From a virus, in IMG/VR virus record IMGVR_UViG_2822706143_000001: a stretch of 64,000 nt of DNA, one strand, 5' to 3'. The notes under the pieces were generated by a model. The model searched no databases, was not told the origin of the DNA, and worked only from the letters and a program-made list of their open reading frames with translations. Positions 1 to 10,047 of this stretch are shown here, one piece after another. How positions within the stretch are numbered: position 1 is the first letter of the stretch; each line of letters opens with the position of its first letter. The translations under genes were made by a program, and so were the position numbers.

Positions 1-28
1 ATCTTAGCTTGATAGCGATGTGTTGTGA

Positions 29-1684
29 TCAATCATCGTCATCATTATCACAGTCGAAACACTGAGAAAACGAATCATCTGGACATTCTCCAAGGATCGG
101 TTCACACGGGTTAAAATTCTGATTATTAAGAACTTCATATGGTCTCATCATATCATGATCCTCGTGTTCAAGGATGTGGCAGTGCCACGGGTAGATTCCT
201 GTAAAAGGACCAAAACGTGCAATGATACGAGTAACCTCCCCAGGATTGGCACGAACAGTATCTTTCCAGCCCATCTCGCTTGGATCAGGTGGTTGTGGTG
301 GCCCAACTATAAGGTCAGGACCATTTGGATCCCCAGTAAACGTAGCACGATTCAAAATTTGAAAAGTAACAAGGTGCAAATGAATAGGGTGAGTGTCCGG
401 TGTAGTATTATAAAGCTCCCAAATCTCTATCGTCCCATTATATGGGGTTTCTGTAAGGGGCATTTGATCCCAATCTAGGTTATTTAATAAAAGTTTTAAA
501 CGCCCGAATTCATCGGTAGTTTCAACTAAGAGGTTTTTTCGTACGATTACAGTATCGTTAGGATCAAGATGTTCCAAGCAACTCAATTCTTTTGGAATTT
601 TACTATTGTCAGGTTTATGCAATTTTCGTTTGACACGAAATTCCATAATCTGCGTAAGGTTTGAATCAGGTGGTTCGCCGTTAGGGAATGGGGCTGGTGC
701 GTCATTTGTTAAGATGATACTTTGACCTTTATGGTTCGAAAAATCAATAATAACATCGACACGTTCAGCTGGTGCAAGTATGATTTGGGATACGGTGATT
801 GGTGTTTCTAAAAGCCCTCCTTCTGTGCCAATTTGGACAAAATTTTGGCCAGAACTCAACCGTATACGATAAAAACGAGCATTGGAACCATTAAGGATGC
901 GGAATCGGTATTTCCGTGGTTCGACCTCAAGATAAGGCCATGCTTTTCCATTGACTAAGATGGTGTTTCCGAAAAATTCAGGTACAACTGATGGATTTGG
1001 TAATGTTGGATCTATTGGTGGAGGTGGCTGCGGTGCTGGAGGCGGCTCATGGCCTGGCTGGGTTGGATAGAACAGTTCACCATTAGGATAGAACGATCGA
1101 TCTTGGATGACGATTGGAATTTCAAATTTCCCACTCGGAAGGTTCAATTTTTCCTCTGCTCTATCTCTAAGGATATAGAAACCTGCAAGTCCTGCATAAA
1201 CGTTCAAACGAGTGATTCCAAGGGCGTGGTCATGATACCATAACGTTGCAGGACGTTGACAGTTTGGATAATAGTAGACTTTATGCACAAATTTTGGACC
1301 AACATTTTCAAAATCTCGCGTAAACCATGCCTCTGGATATCCATCATTTTCGGGTCTAACCCGCCCTTCATGTAAATGAACAACCGTTCTGACAGAAGGT
1401 TTATCTGGTTCTGCTCCATGAATAGTTCGATCCACAGGCAGTAGGTGTTCGAAGGGTAATTTATTTTTCCATTTAACTAAAATAGGTTGGTTTCTTCGTA
1501 CTTCAAATGTAGGACCAGGATACATACCGTTGTAACCCCAGACAGTAGTTGGTGGCAAATCTCTATGCAATTTTTGTTGCACTTGCTTCATGGTTACCTC
1601 ATAGTATGGGATATCATTTATTTCATCTTTTGCTTTTAAGACAGGTGGAATAGGTAATGCATCTACAAACTTCTCTAAAGACAT
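29..1684 (-). CDS. cotA: Spore coat multicopper oxidase (laccase, CotA-like)
   Basis: All four MCO copper motifs are present (VHLHEG, WYHDH, HPIHLHL, WHCHILEHEDHDMM); the N-terminus LEKFVDALPIP is typical of CotA; short Cys/Asp-rich tail. Confidence 0.9.
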   Translation of the reverse strand: MSLEKFVDALPIPPVLKAKDEINDIPYYEVTMKQVQQKLHRDLPPTTVWGYNGMYPGPTFEVRRNQPILVKWKNKLPFEHLLPVDRTIHGAEPDKPSVRTVVHLHEGRVRPENDGYPEAWFTRDFENVGPKFVHKVYYYPNCQRPATLWYHDHALGITRLNVYAGLAGFYILRDRAEEKLNLPSGKFEIPIVIQDRSFYPNGELFYPTQPGHEPPPAPQPPPPIDPTLPNPSVVPEFFGNTILVNGKAWPYLEVEPRKYRFRILNGSNARFYRIRLSSGQNFVQIGTEGGLLETPITVSQIILAPAERVDVIIDFSNHKGQSIILTNDAPAPFPNGEPPDSNLTQIMEFRVKRKLHKPDNSKIPKELSCLEHLDPNDTVIVRKNLLVETTDEFGRLKLLLNNLDWDQMPLTETPYNGTIEIWELYNTTPDTHPIHLHLVTFQILNRATFTGDPNGPDLIVGPPQPPDPSEMGWKDTVRANPGEVTRIIARFGPFTGIYPWHCHILEHEDHDMMRPYEVLNNQNFNPCEPILGECPDDSFSQCFDCDNDDDD

Positions 1685-2443
1685 ATGTCTGCCTCCTTTT
1701 TAAATAATCAGAATATCACTTCACCTCACATTTTTATGTAAAAAGAAACTTGAACAGAACTCACGCTAAAAAATGTAATGAATCGTTCTTTATATAATGA
1801 AAAAAGTGAACTTAATTCTCATAAATAAATGTAGAGAGAAGTAACTACCAAATTAAGATATCGATGAAGACATATATATAATGATAGAATCGTTAATATT
1901 AAAAATTTATTTAAAAAATATCTTGATAAAATGGTCAAATGGAACCAAACGGTTATCAAGACCTAAATTGTAAAAAAACATAAAAAATAAAGGTTTCTAC
2001 ATATTATATATGACTAATATGTAGAAACCTTTTTAGTTCTTGTTAAACAAAAATCACCATTTTGTTGAATCAGTAAACACATTGAACTAAAAAAACAATG
2101 AGGGTTTATCTGTATTTTTTATATATTTATAAAAATTCCATACATGTTTTATTATAAACAGGCCGTTTTTTATGATAATGATGAATTACTATTCACTAAA
2201 AATATTTTCTATTAGTCAATTTAATAAATGAACCGAATGGAAGGGTCACCATAACATATAGGGGAAATGACACAGTCATCTGGTATCTTATTGATAAGAG
2301 AGAAAACTGTTTTATTTCTCGTTTTTTCATAACCTATTCGGTATATAAGGGAAATTAGTGACACACTTCTACATAGACTAATGTAGGGGTAAAAGCCGTT
2401 TCCTCATCCAAGGAATGAGTGTATTTTGTTTGGAGGTAATAAT

Positions 2444-3964
<1,521 letters not shown>

Positions 3965-4002
3965 TAACGTATAGATATAATTTAGAAATGTAATATGTTA
4001 CT

Positions 4003-4232
4003 ATGACCCAAACGAGACCTCTCAAATATTTGAATAGCATTGTAGAACAAGAGTAACATTTTATTAAGAAACGTGTACATTCTATGTTAAGACTAAGGTC
4101 TTTTCGCATATATATCCATTCTCGGAGAAGTAAAAAGCACATATATGATAAAAAAGAACAGATTGATTTACGTGATTAGTTTGTTCAAAATCAAAAAGAA
4201 TTAATTTATCAAATATTTAGGTTAACAGCATA
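4003..4232 (+). pseudogene. IS6-family (IS240-like) transposase C-terminal remnant
   Basis: Manual translation gives KYLNSIVEQE*HFIKKRVHSML ... HIx/MIKKEQIDLRD..QNQKELIYQIFRLTA*. This resembles the IS6 motif YLNNxIEQDHRxIK but carries stops and frameshifts. Confidence 0.7.
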
Positions 4233-4347
4233 ACATACAATTCTACTAGAAATATATGTTCTATATTTTCTCTTTTCTTTGTACAGAGTTGGTATAAACT
4301 AGCTGATTCAATTGATCATCCTTCTGACCAGAAAAGCTAATATGATC

Positions 4348-4387
4348 AAAGGTATAGGGGAACTTCTGTGAAGTTTCCTATACCTTT
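4348..4387. terminator. Bidirectional-looking intrinsic terminator
   Basis: Inverted repeat aaaggtatagg..gaacttc/gaagtt.cctataccttt. Confidence 0.6.
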
Positions 4388-4444
4388 AATTAAAAGAGTG
4401 ATAAATGTTAAGTGTGTACGATAAAATTACATCTTTCTATTTAC

Positions 4445-4685
4445 TTATATCCGTTGGTATACATCTGCGTATGCTACTTTTAATTGATTCCGTAATTGTT
4501 TGTTTTCTTCTTCGACTTTCCTAATTCTTCGCTTTAACGATTCTATAATTATATCTTTATTATTGTCAGCCATCTCACGTTTTATCTGTTTTGATGTAGG
4601 TGTTTGTGATTGCTGTTGGCGTAGAGTTTCAATTCTTTTACGGAAACCCTGGTTGTTATACAGTGTTGCTTTAGCAATCGTATAG
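4445..4685 (-). pseudogene. 5'-truncated TnpC/DUF6262-like protein (Tn554-type element remnant)
   Basis: KATLYNN..FRKRIETLR ... IIIESLKRRIRKVEEENKQLRNQLKVAY matches the TnpC-like coiled-coil family. The N-terminus is missing and is replaced by the endolysin terminator. Confidence 0.65.
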
Positions 4686-4691
4686 AATCTC

Positions 4692-4728
4692 AAAAAAAGG
4701 GTATGCCCAAGTTTGGGCATACCCTTTT
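4692..4728 (-). terminator. Endolysin terminator
   Basis: Perfect hairpin aaaagggtatgcccaa/ttgggcataccctttt with a T-run on the minus strand. Confidence 0.85.
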
Positions 4729-4730
4729 CT

Positions 4731-5789
4731 CTACTTCACATACACATAGGCTTCATTTGCAGTTACATAGTATGTTGTGCCTTTACTGTTGTGTACCTTG
4801 TATTGCGGTGAACCATTAACGGATACTTTAGCATCAATTGTAAATCCAAGCCCTTCATCTACCGTTCCTGCTACATCTTTGTCAGACCAAGAAGCAGAAT
4901 CATAGAAACGAAGGTTGTCCACTTTAGAAACAACACGTTTACCTTCTACAGAACTTGAAGCAGTTGTTTGTTCCCCTTGATATTTAATGTAAGATGGGTT
5001 GTTATAAATCCATTGGTTACCACCAAGATTTAACCAATCACCTTGTTTTCCCCATACTTGATATGCTTCTCCTTTATTTAATTGACGAATAACACCATGA
5101 TTTGTTGATGGTCCACTTCGAAGGTTGACGTTAAACCCTTCAATATAAGCTACTCCTGTTGCGCCTACAACGTTTTGAGATGGCTCTTGTGGTTTTGGTT
5201 TAACCGTAACTGTTGCGCCTTCATACGCCTTTTGTACGTCCGCTCTGAATTGTGATTCTGATACACCATGACTGCGAAGATAATCAATCGGATCTTCATG
5301 GTCAGTTCCACCTAATTTGTAAGTAATATCTTTATGTGTCCATAAACCTTTGCTTGGATGAATCCCTCTATCTTTTAAAATTTTAGCTAATAGTTTTACA
5401 TAACGTTCATAAGAAGATTTAAATTTATCTGGATTGCTAGTTTCAGAAAGTTCTACGTGAACAAATCTTTTATTTGCAGATGGTCCAGCACCGTAAGCAA
5501 CATATTTTGTATCGGCAATTTGAACTGTTTCGTTCCAATCTACAGCATAATGTACAAATGCATTTCTCCATGTTCTAGCTTCATAATTTCGGATGTTAAT
5601 TGCTGGTGCTTCTGGTGTTGCAGTACTATGTGCTACAACGCCTTCATAAGCGCCCACACCGTAGCGATATGCTTGTTTCGGTAAGTCTTGGATGATTAGT
5701 ACTCTATCGGCAAATGAAGCCGTAGCAAACGAAAGTAGGAGTAATAGAGTCATAAATAAAGAGCTAAATAGTTTAATCGGTTTTTTCAT
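4731..5789 (-). CDS. Endolysin: N-acetylmuramoyl-L-alanine amidase (Amidase_2) with SH3b and C-terminal binding domains, N-terminal signal peptide
   Basis: VVAHSTAT, HYAVD, HVELSE and DHEDP amidase motifs; VNLRSGPS SH3 motif; MKKPIKLFSSLFMTLLLLLSFATASFA signal peptide; RBS before ATG 5789. Confidence 0.92.
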   Translation of the reverse strand: MKKPIKLFSSLFMTLLLLLSFATASFADRVLIIQDLPKQAYRYGVGAYEGVVAHSTATPEAPAINIRNYEARTWRNAFVHYAVDWNETVQIADTKYVAYGAGPSANKRFVHVELSETSNPDKFKSSYERYVKLLAKILKDRGIHPSKGLWTHKDITYKLGGTDHEDPIDYLRSHGVSESQFRADVQKAYEGATVTVKPKPQEPSQNVVGATGVAYIEGFNVNLRSGPSTNHGVIRQLNKGEAYQVWGKQGDWLNLGGNQWIYNNPSYIKYQGEQTTASSSVEGKRVVSKVDNLRFYDSASWSDKDVAGTVDEGLGFTIDAKVSVNGSPQYKVHNSKGTTYYVTANEAYVYVK

Positions 5790-5867
5790 TGTGTATTTTC
5801 CCCTTTTTGCCAAACAAAAAGAGCACCGTCTTTTGACAATGCTCTCCTTATGTAAGGCGTGTATTTT

Positions 5868-6365
5868 TTATTTGGTATTATGTTTTTCTTTTCGTGCATC
5901 GCTTCTTTGAATCTTTGCTTTAATTTCGGATGCTACACTTTCTAATAACCATGCAGGAATCCATTTTTCCCAGCCAATTCGTGCACAGTTTGCTGCGAAA
6001 CTATTAAAAATGTGGTAGCTCAATCCACCGACTACCATGAAGAAAAAGAAATCAGGTAGTTTAAGAGCGATATCAAATAAATGTGCAAGGGCTGGTAATG
6101 ATAAAAGCACCACGGTTCTCGTGATGCCCTCAATTCCATATTGTGATGAGTATGTTCCATCTAGTTTTGAAGCCTTACTACCAGTAATCCAGTCGAGCAT
6201 GATAATCCAGCAGTAAATTGAAATCCAAATTAAATTAGCTTTGCCGTAGAGTAAATTAATTATTGTTCCTAATCCGCCACCGATAGCACCACCTACTTTA
6301 AATTGAGTACTTGTAATAACATCGCTTATATTCAATGCCTTGATGAGTTCGTGAATTCTTTCCAA
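5868..6365 (-). CDS. Phage holin family protein
   Basis: Hydrophobic segments; IMLDWITG..ASK..YSS..GI motif; directly upstream of the lysin; AAAGGAGG RBS before TTG 6365. Confidence 0.85.
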   Translation of the reverse strand: MERIHELIKALNISDVITSTQFKVGGAIGGGLGTIINLLYGKANLIWISIYCWIIMLDWITGSKASKLDGTYSSQYGIEGITRTVVLLSLPALAHLFDIALKLPDFFFFMVVGGLSYHIFNSFAANCARIGWEKWIPAWLLESVASEIKAKIQRSDARKEKHNTK

Positions 6366-6434
6366 GTTCTCACCTCCTTTCAAAATTAAGTCAAAATAAA
6401 AAAGCCTGCTGCAGCACGCTCAATTTCGATAAAG

Positions 6435-6683
6435 TTATATGTTCATTTTCTTCCACGCGTATTCTAGTGGTTCAGTACGTGGTGGTTTCATTACTGCTGT
6501 TTCAGTAGTTTTGCTTTCGTTTCGGGAGAAGTTAAACATAGCTCCTTTCCGTATAGAAGTTTTCCTAACCCCTATAATATACATGTCACTAATTTCTAAT
6601 TTTGAACCTTTACGTATTTGTGGTTTACGTTGTACGGGTGGATACAATGTTTTCGGTTGAATTATTATGCCTTTTATTGTCAT
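6435..6683 (-). CDS. Phage hypothetical protein
   Basis: In the late operon, tightly packed, with an RBS. Confidence 0.6.
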   Translation of the reverse strand: MTIKGIIIQPKTLYPPVQRKPQIRKGSKLEISDMYIIGVRKTSIRKGAMFNFSRNESKTTETAVMKPPRTEPLEYAWKKMNI

Positions 6684-6696
6684 AAAATCACCAGCC

Positions 6697-7644
6697 TTAT
6701 TCTACCCTTAATGCAATGTTGAACTCCGGAAATGAACTCCATACACTTGAGTAGTAGGTGTTAAATAATTTATATTTCTGCACTTCTTCATCTTGTGAAA
6801 TTTCAACGATATCACCAGTTACAAAATTTGAACCTCTATATGTGTAAAGGCCATCAAATTTTGCCCTTAATCCATCTACGTTATCTCCCATAAAAAATGA
6901 TGTGAATATTATATTTCCTTCTAAAGAAGGTGCCTTTAAAAATACCTTATCCCAAATGAAAGTATTAACAGGAATACTATTTAATCCATCATATATAAGC
7001 TTACTTCTAGCAGCTACCATTGCTGCACCAGGGGACTTTGGACAAACACTCACCAAGACACTAAAAGGAGAAGATATAGGCTTGAATTGTTCTTGTTGAT
7101 ATAGTTCATCTGGAATTCCGAATAATCCCATTACAGTCTTCCCTTTTCGTTCTGGAAGATTATCATCGTTTTCATAAACACAATAGATAACAATGTCTTT
7201 ATCAACGTATAAATATAGGTCCACCATAGCAATTGGTTTACTAATAGTAGTAACACTAGTGCTGTTAGTTACTTTCCCTTGATGAAAACACAAAGGGTAG
7301 AAAGGACCAGGTCCTCCGAAAGTAACATCCTGCTCCTTATCATATCGTTCAATTAATCTAAAGGTTGCATCAGTAGCATACTTATCAGAGTCTCTTATAT
7401 CATAGTCTCTATATATCCCTGCTATAATATCTTTGCTAGTTGCAGTGACGTAATCGAATGGGCGCAATTCTAAAGAATGGTTCTTCATACCGTCGTTACC
7501 GCTTGAGTACATGACGTAAATTTTATCTTTTGATGGCGCATCAGCATTTAATTGCTGCCATCCAGCCTTTTTCATTTCATCGATAATCTTCATAAAGACT
7601 TCTCTTCGCTCTAGTCTGTGTAACTTACAAATTTTATTTGTCAT
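6697..7644 (-). CDS. Putative virion/tail protein (xxGW-N-terminal family)
   Basis: Late-operon position; N-terminal helix ending in AGWQQ resembles the NGWK starts of 12582-14318 and 14333-15685. Confidence 0.6.
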   Translation of the reverse strand: MTNKICKLHRLERREVFMKIIDEMKKAGWQQLNADAPSKDKIYVMYSSGNDGMKNHSLELRPFDYVTATSKDIIAGIYRDYDIRDSDKYATDATFRLIERYDKEQDVTFGGPGPFYPLCFHQGKVTNSTSVTTISKPIAMVDLYLYVDKDIVIYCVYENDDNLPERKGKTVMGLFGIPDELYQQEQFKPISSPFSVLVSVCPKSPGAAMVAARSKLIYDGLNSIPVNTFIWDKVFLKAPSLEGNIIFTSFFMGDNVDGLRAKFDGLYTYRGSNFVTGDIVEISQDEEVQKYKLFNTYYSSVWSSFPEFNIALRVE

Positions 7645-7659
7645 TTTATATGTTCCTCC

Positions 7660-8040
7660 TTAACTTAAACGTATGGCTTTCATAGAAACATTAAAAGTAG
7701 AGTTTGCTACGCCCCTATTTTCTATATAAAGATGGACCTTGTTTGTATGATCTTTATCATCGCAAGGAATGGCTAAAATATCATATGTTCTTTTTTCTGA
7801 TAAACTTTTATAAATTTGATTCCCATTCTCTTTTTGATCGTACATAAATAACATTGCTTCAACATTTGAATCATTTGTAACTTGAATCGTGCGAATATCG
7901 TATTTGTTACAACCTACATCTAGTGGAGCATATAGAGTTTTTCCTGGTTCAATTGTAATTTTTATATTCCTCTCAATAAGGATTGATGGTGTAATCTCAC
8001 TTTCCGATGTATATTTATATAATTTCATTACAGTTCCCAT
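7660..8040 (-). CDS. Phage hypothetical beta-rich protein
   Basis: Late operon; RBS (GAGGTG) present. Confidence 0.6.
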   Translation of the reverse strand: MGTVMKLYKYTSESEITPSILIERNIKITIEPGKTLYAPLDVGCNKYDIRTIQVTNDSNVEAMLFMYDQKENGNQIYKSLSEKRTYDILAIPCDDKDHTNKVHLYIENRGVANSTFNVSMKAIRLS

Positions 8041-8052
8041 ATTGTATTCACC

Positions 8053-10032
8053 TCAATTATGTTTTAGATGAATATTAAAATAAATTGGTTCGAATGCTAG
8101 GAAATTTGTATCCTTCACAACCTTTACCCAAAAATCACGCGTACTTTGTGCGGCTACTGAATCAATCTGTATTTCATTTAAATAGCTTGTCCCATCTAAC
8201 GAAATAAGCGCCCAGGTGTAACCAACTTTCTCCATGTACTGTTGAATGGATAGTTTTATATTTGTAGCAGTACCGATGTTGTCATTTACGATTGTCATTT
8301 TTACAATACGCTCATTATTCACCATGTAACCTAAGTTCGTTGGATCCGTTGTATTTAATTCTTCGCTATTCATTTTGATTTGCAGGGATGAACCCATGCA
8401 ATACATATCCCCACCGTAAAAGGTAGCTTGTTTCTTTGCTATTAGTTCGTTTTCCTCGTCATATATTTCTATGATTCCTTCAAACTCTAAAGAAGGAAGT
8501 AGAATATCAATGCCTGTATGAGCTGCAGCTACAATGTTAGTAGACAGTATATTATCTGCAGTATCTTTTAATACAACCTTATAATTTTCATATAGTTGGC
8601 GCAGACGTAACATGTTGCTTGTTGTCATAATAATTTTATTGATGTCTAGCGGTACAAATCCCTCTGCAGTTCCTCTTTTTAAAACAACACCAATTCTTTT
8701 TACTGCTAATGAGTCGTTATCCGCATAATCAAAAAATGTATCTGTCTTTGTGTAAAAGTCCCATTGATCTTCCTTACAAATTGCCATCCACTCTTTATTG
8801 ATTTGTGAACCATTAGCAGCATAAGATTCAAGGAATTCAACCTTATTCTTTTCGTTTTGATAGAGCAGTAAGCCACCCTCATCTCCTTCTTTTGTAGGAG
8901 CATAATCCGCAATAACCTGGATTGCAAAGTTACCTTGCGGTTTATCGATTAACAGCATAACGTCTTTATCTGCAGAATGATTCATACGTAAGAAACCTTT
9001 TTTGATAGCATTGTTAAATGCATTTGATGGTGACATAATCCATTTGGGATTTATAGAATCAAAATCATCTACAAATATTTTTCCACTTTCTTTTTCATAC
9101 AAGGATACTTTAGGCTTTTTAATTAAATCTGGTGATAGTAATTCTCCACCTAATACGTCAATAGCATCTATAATATTATCTTGAGCTTCAATTACAACTG
9201 TATGAATTCCAGGTGCAATGTCCAATTTCTCATAAACTAAACATTGAAGAATAACTGATTTTGGAGAAAGTGTGTAAGTTTCAGAAGAACCGTCTATAGT
9301 GATTTTTATTGGATCTCTGTAACTTGTGCTATTGATGTATTTAGAAATAATGCGAATTCCCTTTCCAGAAAATACGAACTCGCATTTTGTTGGTTCAGTA
9401 CCATGATCTGAGTTCTTGTATGACAACGTATTATTAGAGTCACCTACCGCATTACTATTATGAAACCAAGGTCCTGTATACCGAATATTGCTATCTGTAT
9501 CATCAAATCGCTTCCAATCAGGTTCCGGTTCTTTTAATACATCACCAACTTTAGCACCTAAATCTGCGTAATCAATAGCAGTTAAAAACGTATAAGCAGA
9601 TCCAGGTGCACCAGAAGCCCTTCCTTCTGTAGTTACTTTAACGTTATGTTCACCCTTAATTAGATTAAGTTGCTCAAATACGACAAGAGAGTATTCAGCA
9701 GAATAAGCTGGTACCCAACCAACATATCTTATATTATCTATAGTGACAGTAATGTTAAATGCATGAGTTGTAAAATTTTTCAATAATATACGCAATGCGG
9801 TCCCTGTAAATTTAAAATAAAATGAACGACCTAAAGAGTCACCGACATACCAGGAACTATTCCGCTCTAAACTGCTAGAATCCCCAACTACACGCCATTT
9901 ATCTCCTGTAATATTGCCGGTTAAGTCTACATTTGAAAAAAACTTACCTGGCTTTGCATTCTCTAAAGTGCAATGTTCACGAGTCCACCCTGGTTCTGGT
10001 TGCAATAAGTTTTTTCCTAATTGGCTTGCCAT
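8053..10032 (-). CDS. Putative tail adhesin/receptor-binding protein with tandem carbohydrate-binding-like domains
   Basis: Duplicated N-terminal module (LLQPEPGWTR / LKEPEPDWKR, FxGxxxRI..., GxHxV.I); tail-module position. Confidence 0.6.
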   Translation of the reverse strand: MASQLGKNLLQPEPGWTREHCTLENAKPGKFFSNVDLTGNITGDKWRVVGDSSSLERNSSWYVGDSLGRSFYFKFTGTALRILLKNFTTHAFNITVTIDNIRYVGWVPAYSAEYSLVVFEQLNLIKGEHNVKVTTEGRASGAPGSAYTFLTAIDYADLGAKVGDVLKEPEPDWKRFDDTDSNIRYTGPWFHNSNAVGDSNNTLSYKNSDHGTEPTKCEFVFSGKGIRIISKYINSTSYRDPIKITIDGSSETYTLSPKSVILQCLVYEKLDIAPGIHTVVIEAQDNIIDAIDVLGGELLSPDLIKKPKVSLYEKESGKIFVDDFDSINPKWIMSPSNAFNNAIKKGFLRMNHSADKDVMLLIDKPQGNFAIQVIADYAPTKEGDEGGLLLYQNEKNKVEFLESYAANGSQINKEWMAICKEDQWDFYTKTDTFFDYADNDSLAVKRIGVVLKRGTAEGFVPLDINKIIMTTSNMLRLRQLYENYKVVLKDTADNILSTNIVAAAHTGIDILLPSLEFEGIIEIYDEENELIAKKQATFYGGDMYCMGSSLQIKMNSEELNTTDPTNLGYMVNNERIVKMTIVNDNIGTATNIKLSIQQYMEKVGYTWALISLDGTSYLNEIQIDSVAAQSTRDFWVKVVKDTNFLAFEPIYFNIHLKHN

Positions 10033-10047
10033 TTTATCACCTTCTCT

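Noticed and set aside
1718-1744. dif-like match ACTTCACCTCA-CATTT-TTATGTAAAAA upstream of cotA
   Set aside because: 5-bp spacer and weak left arm; it overlaps the likely cotA promoter/leader, so probably chance.
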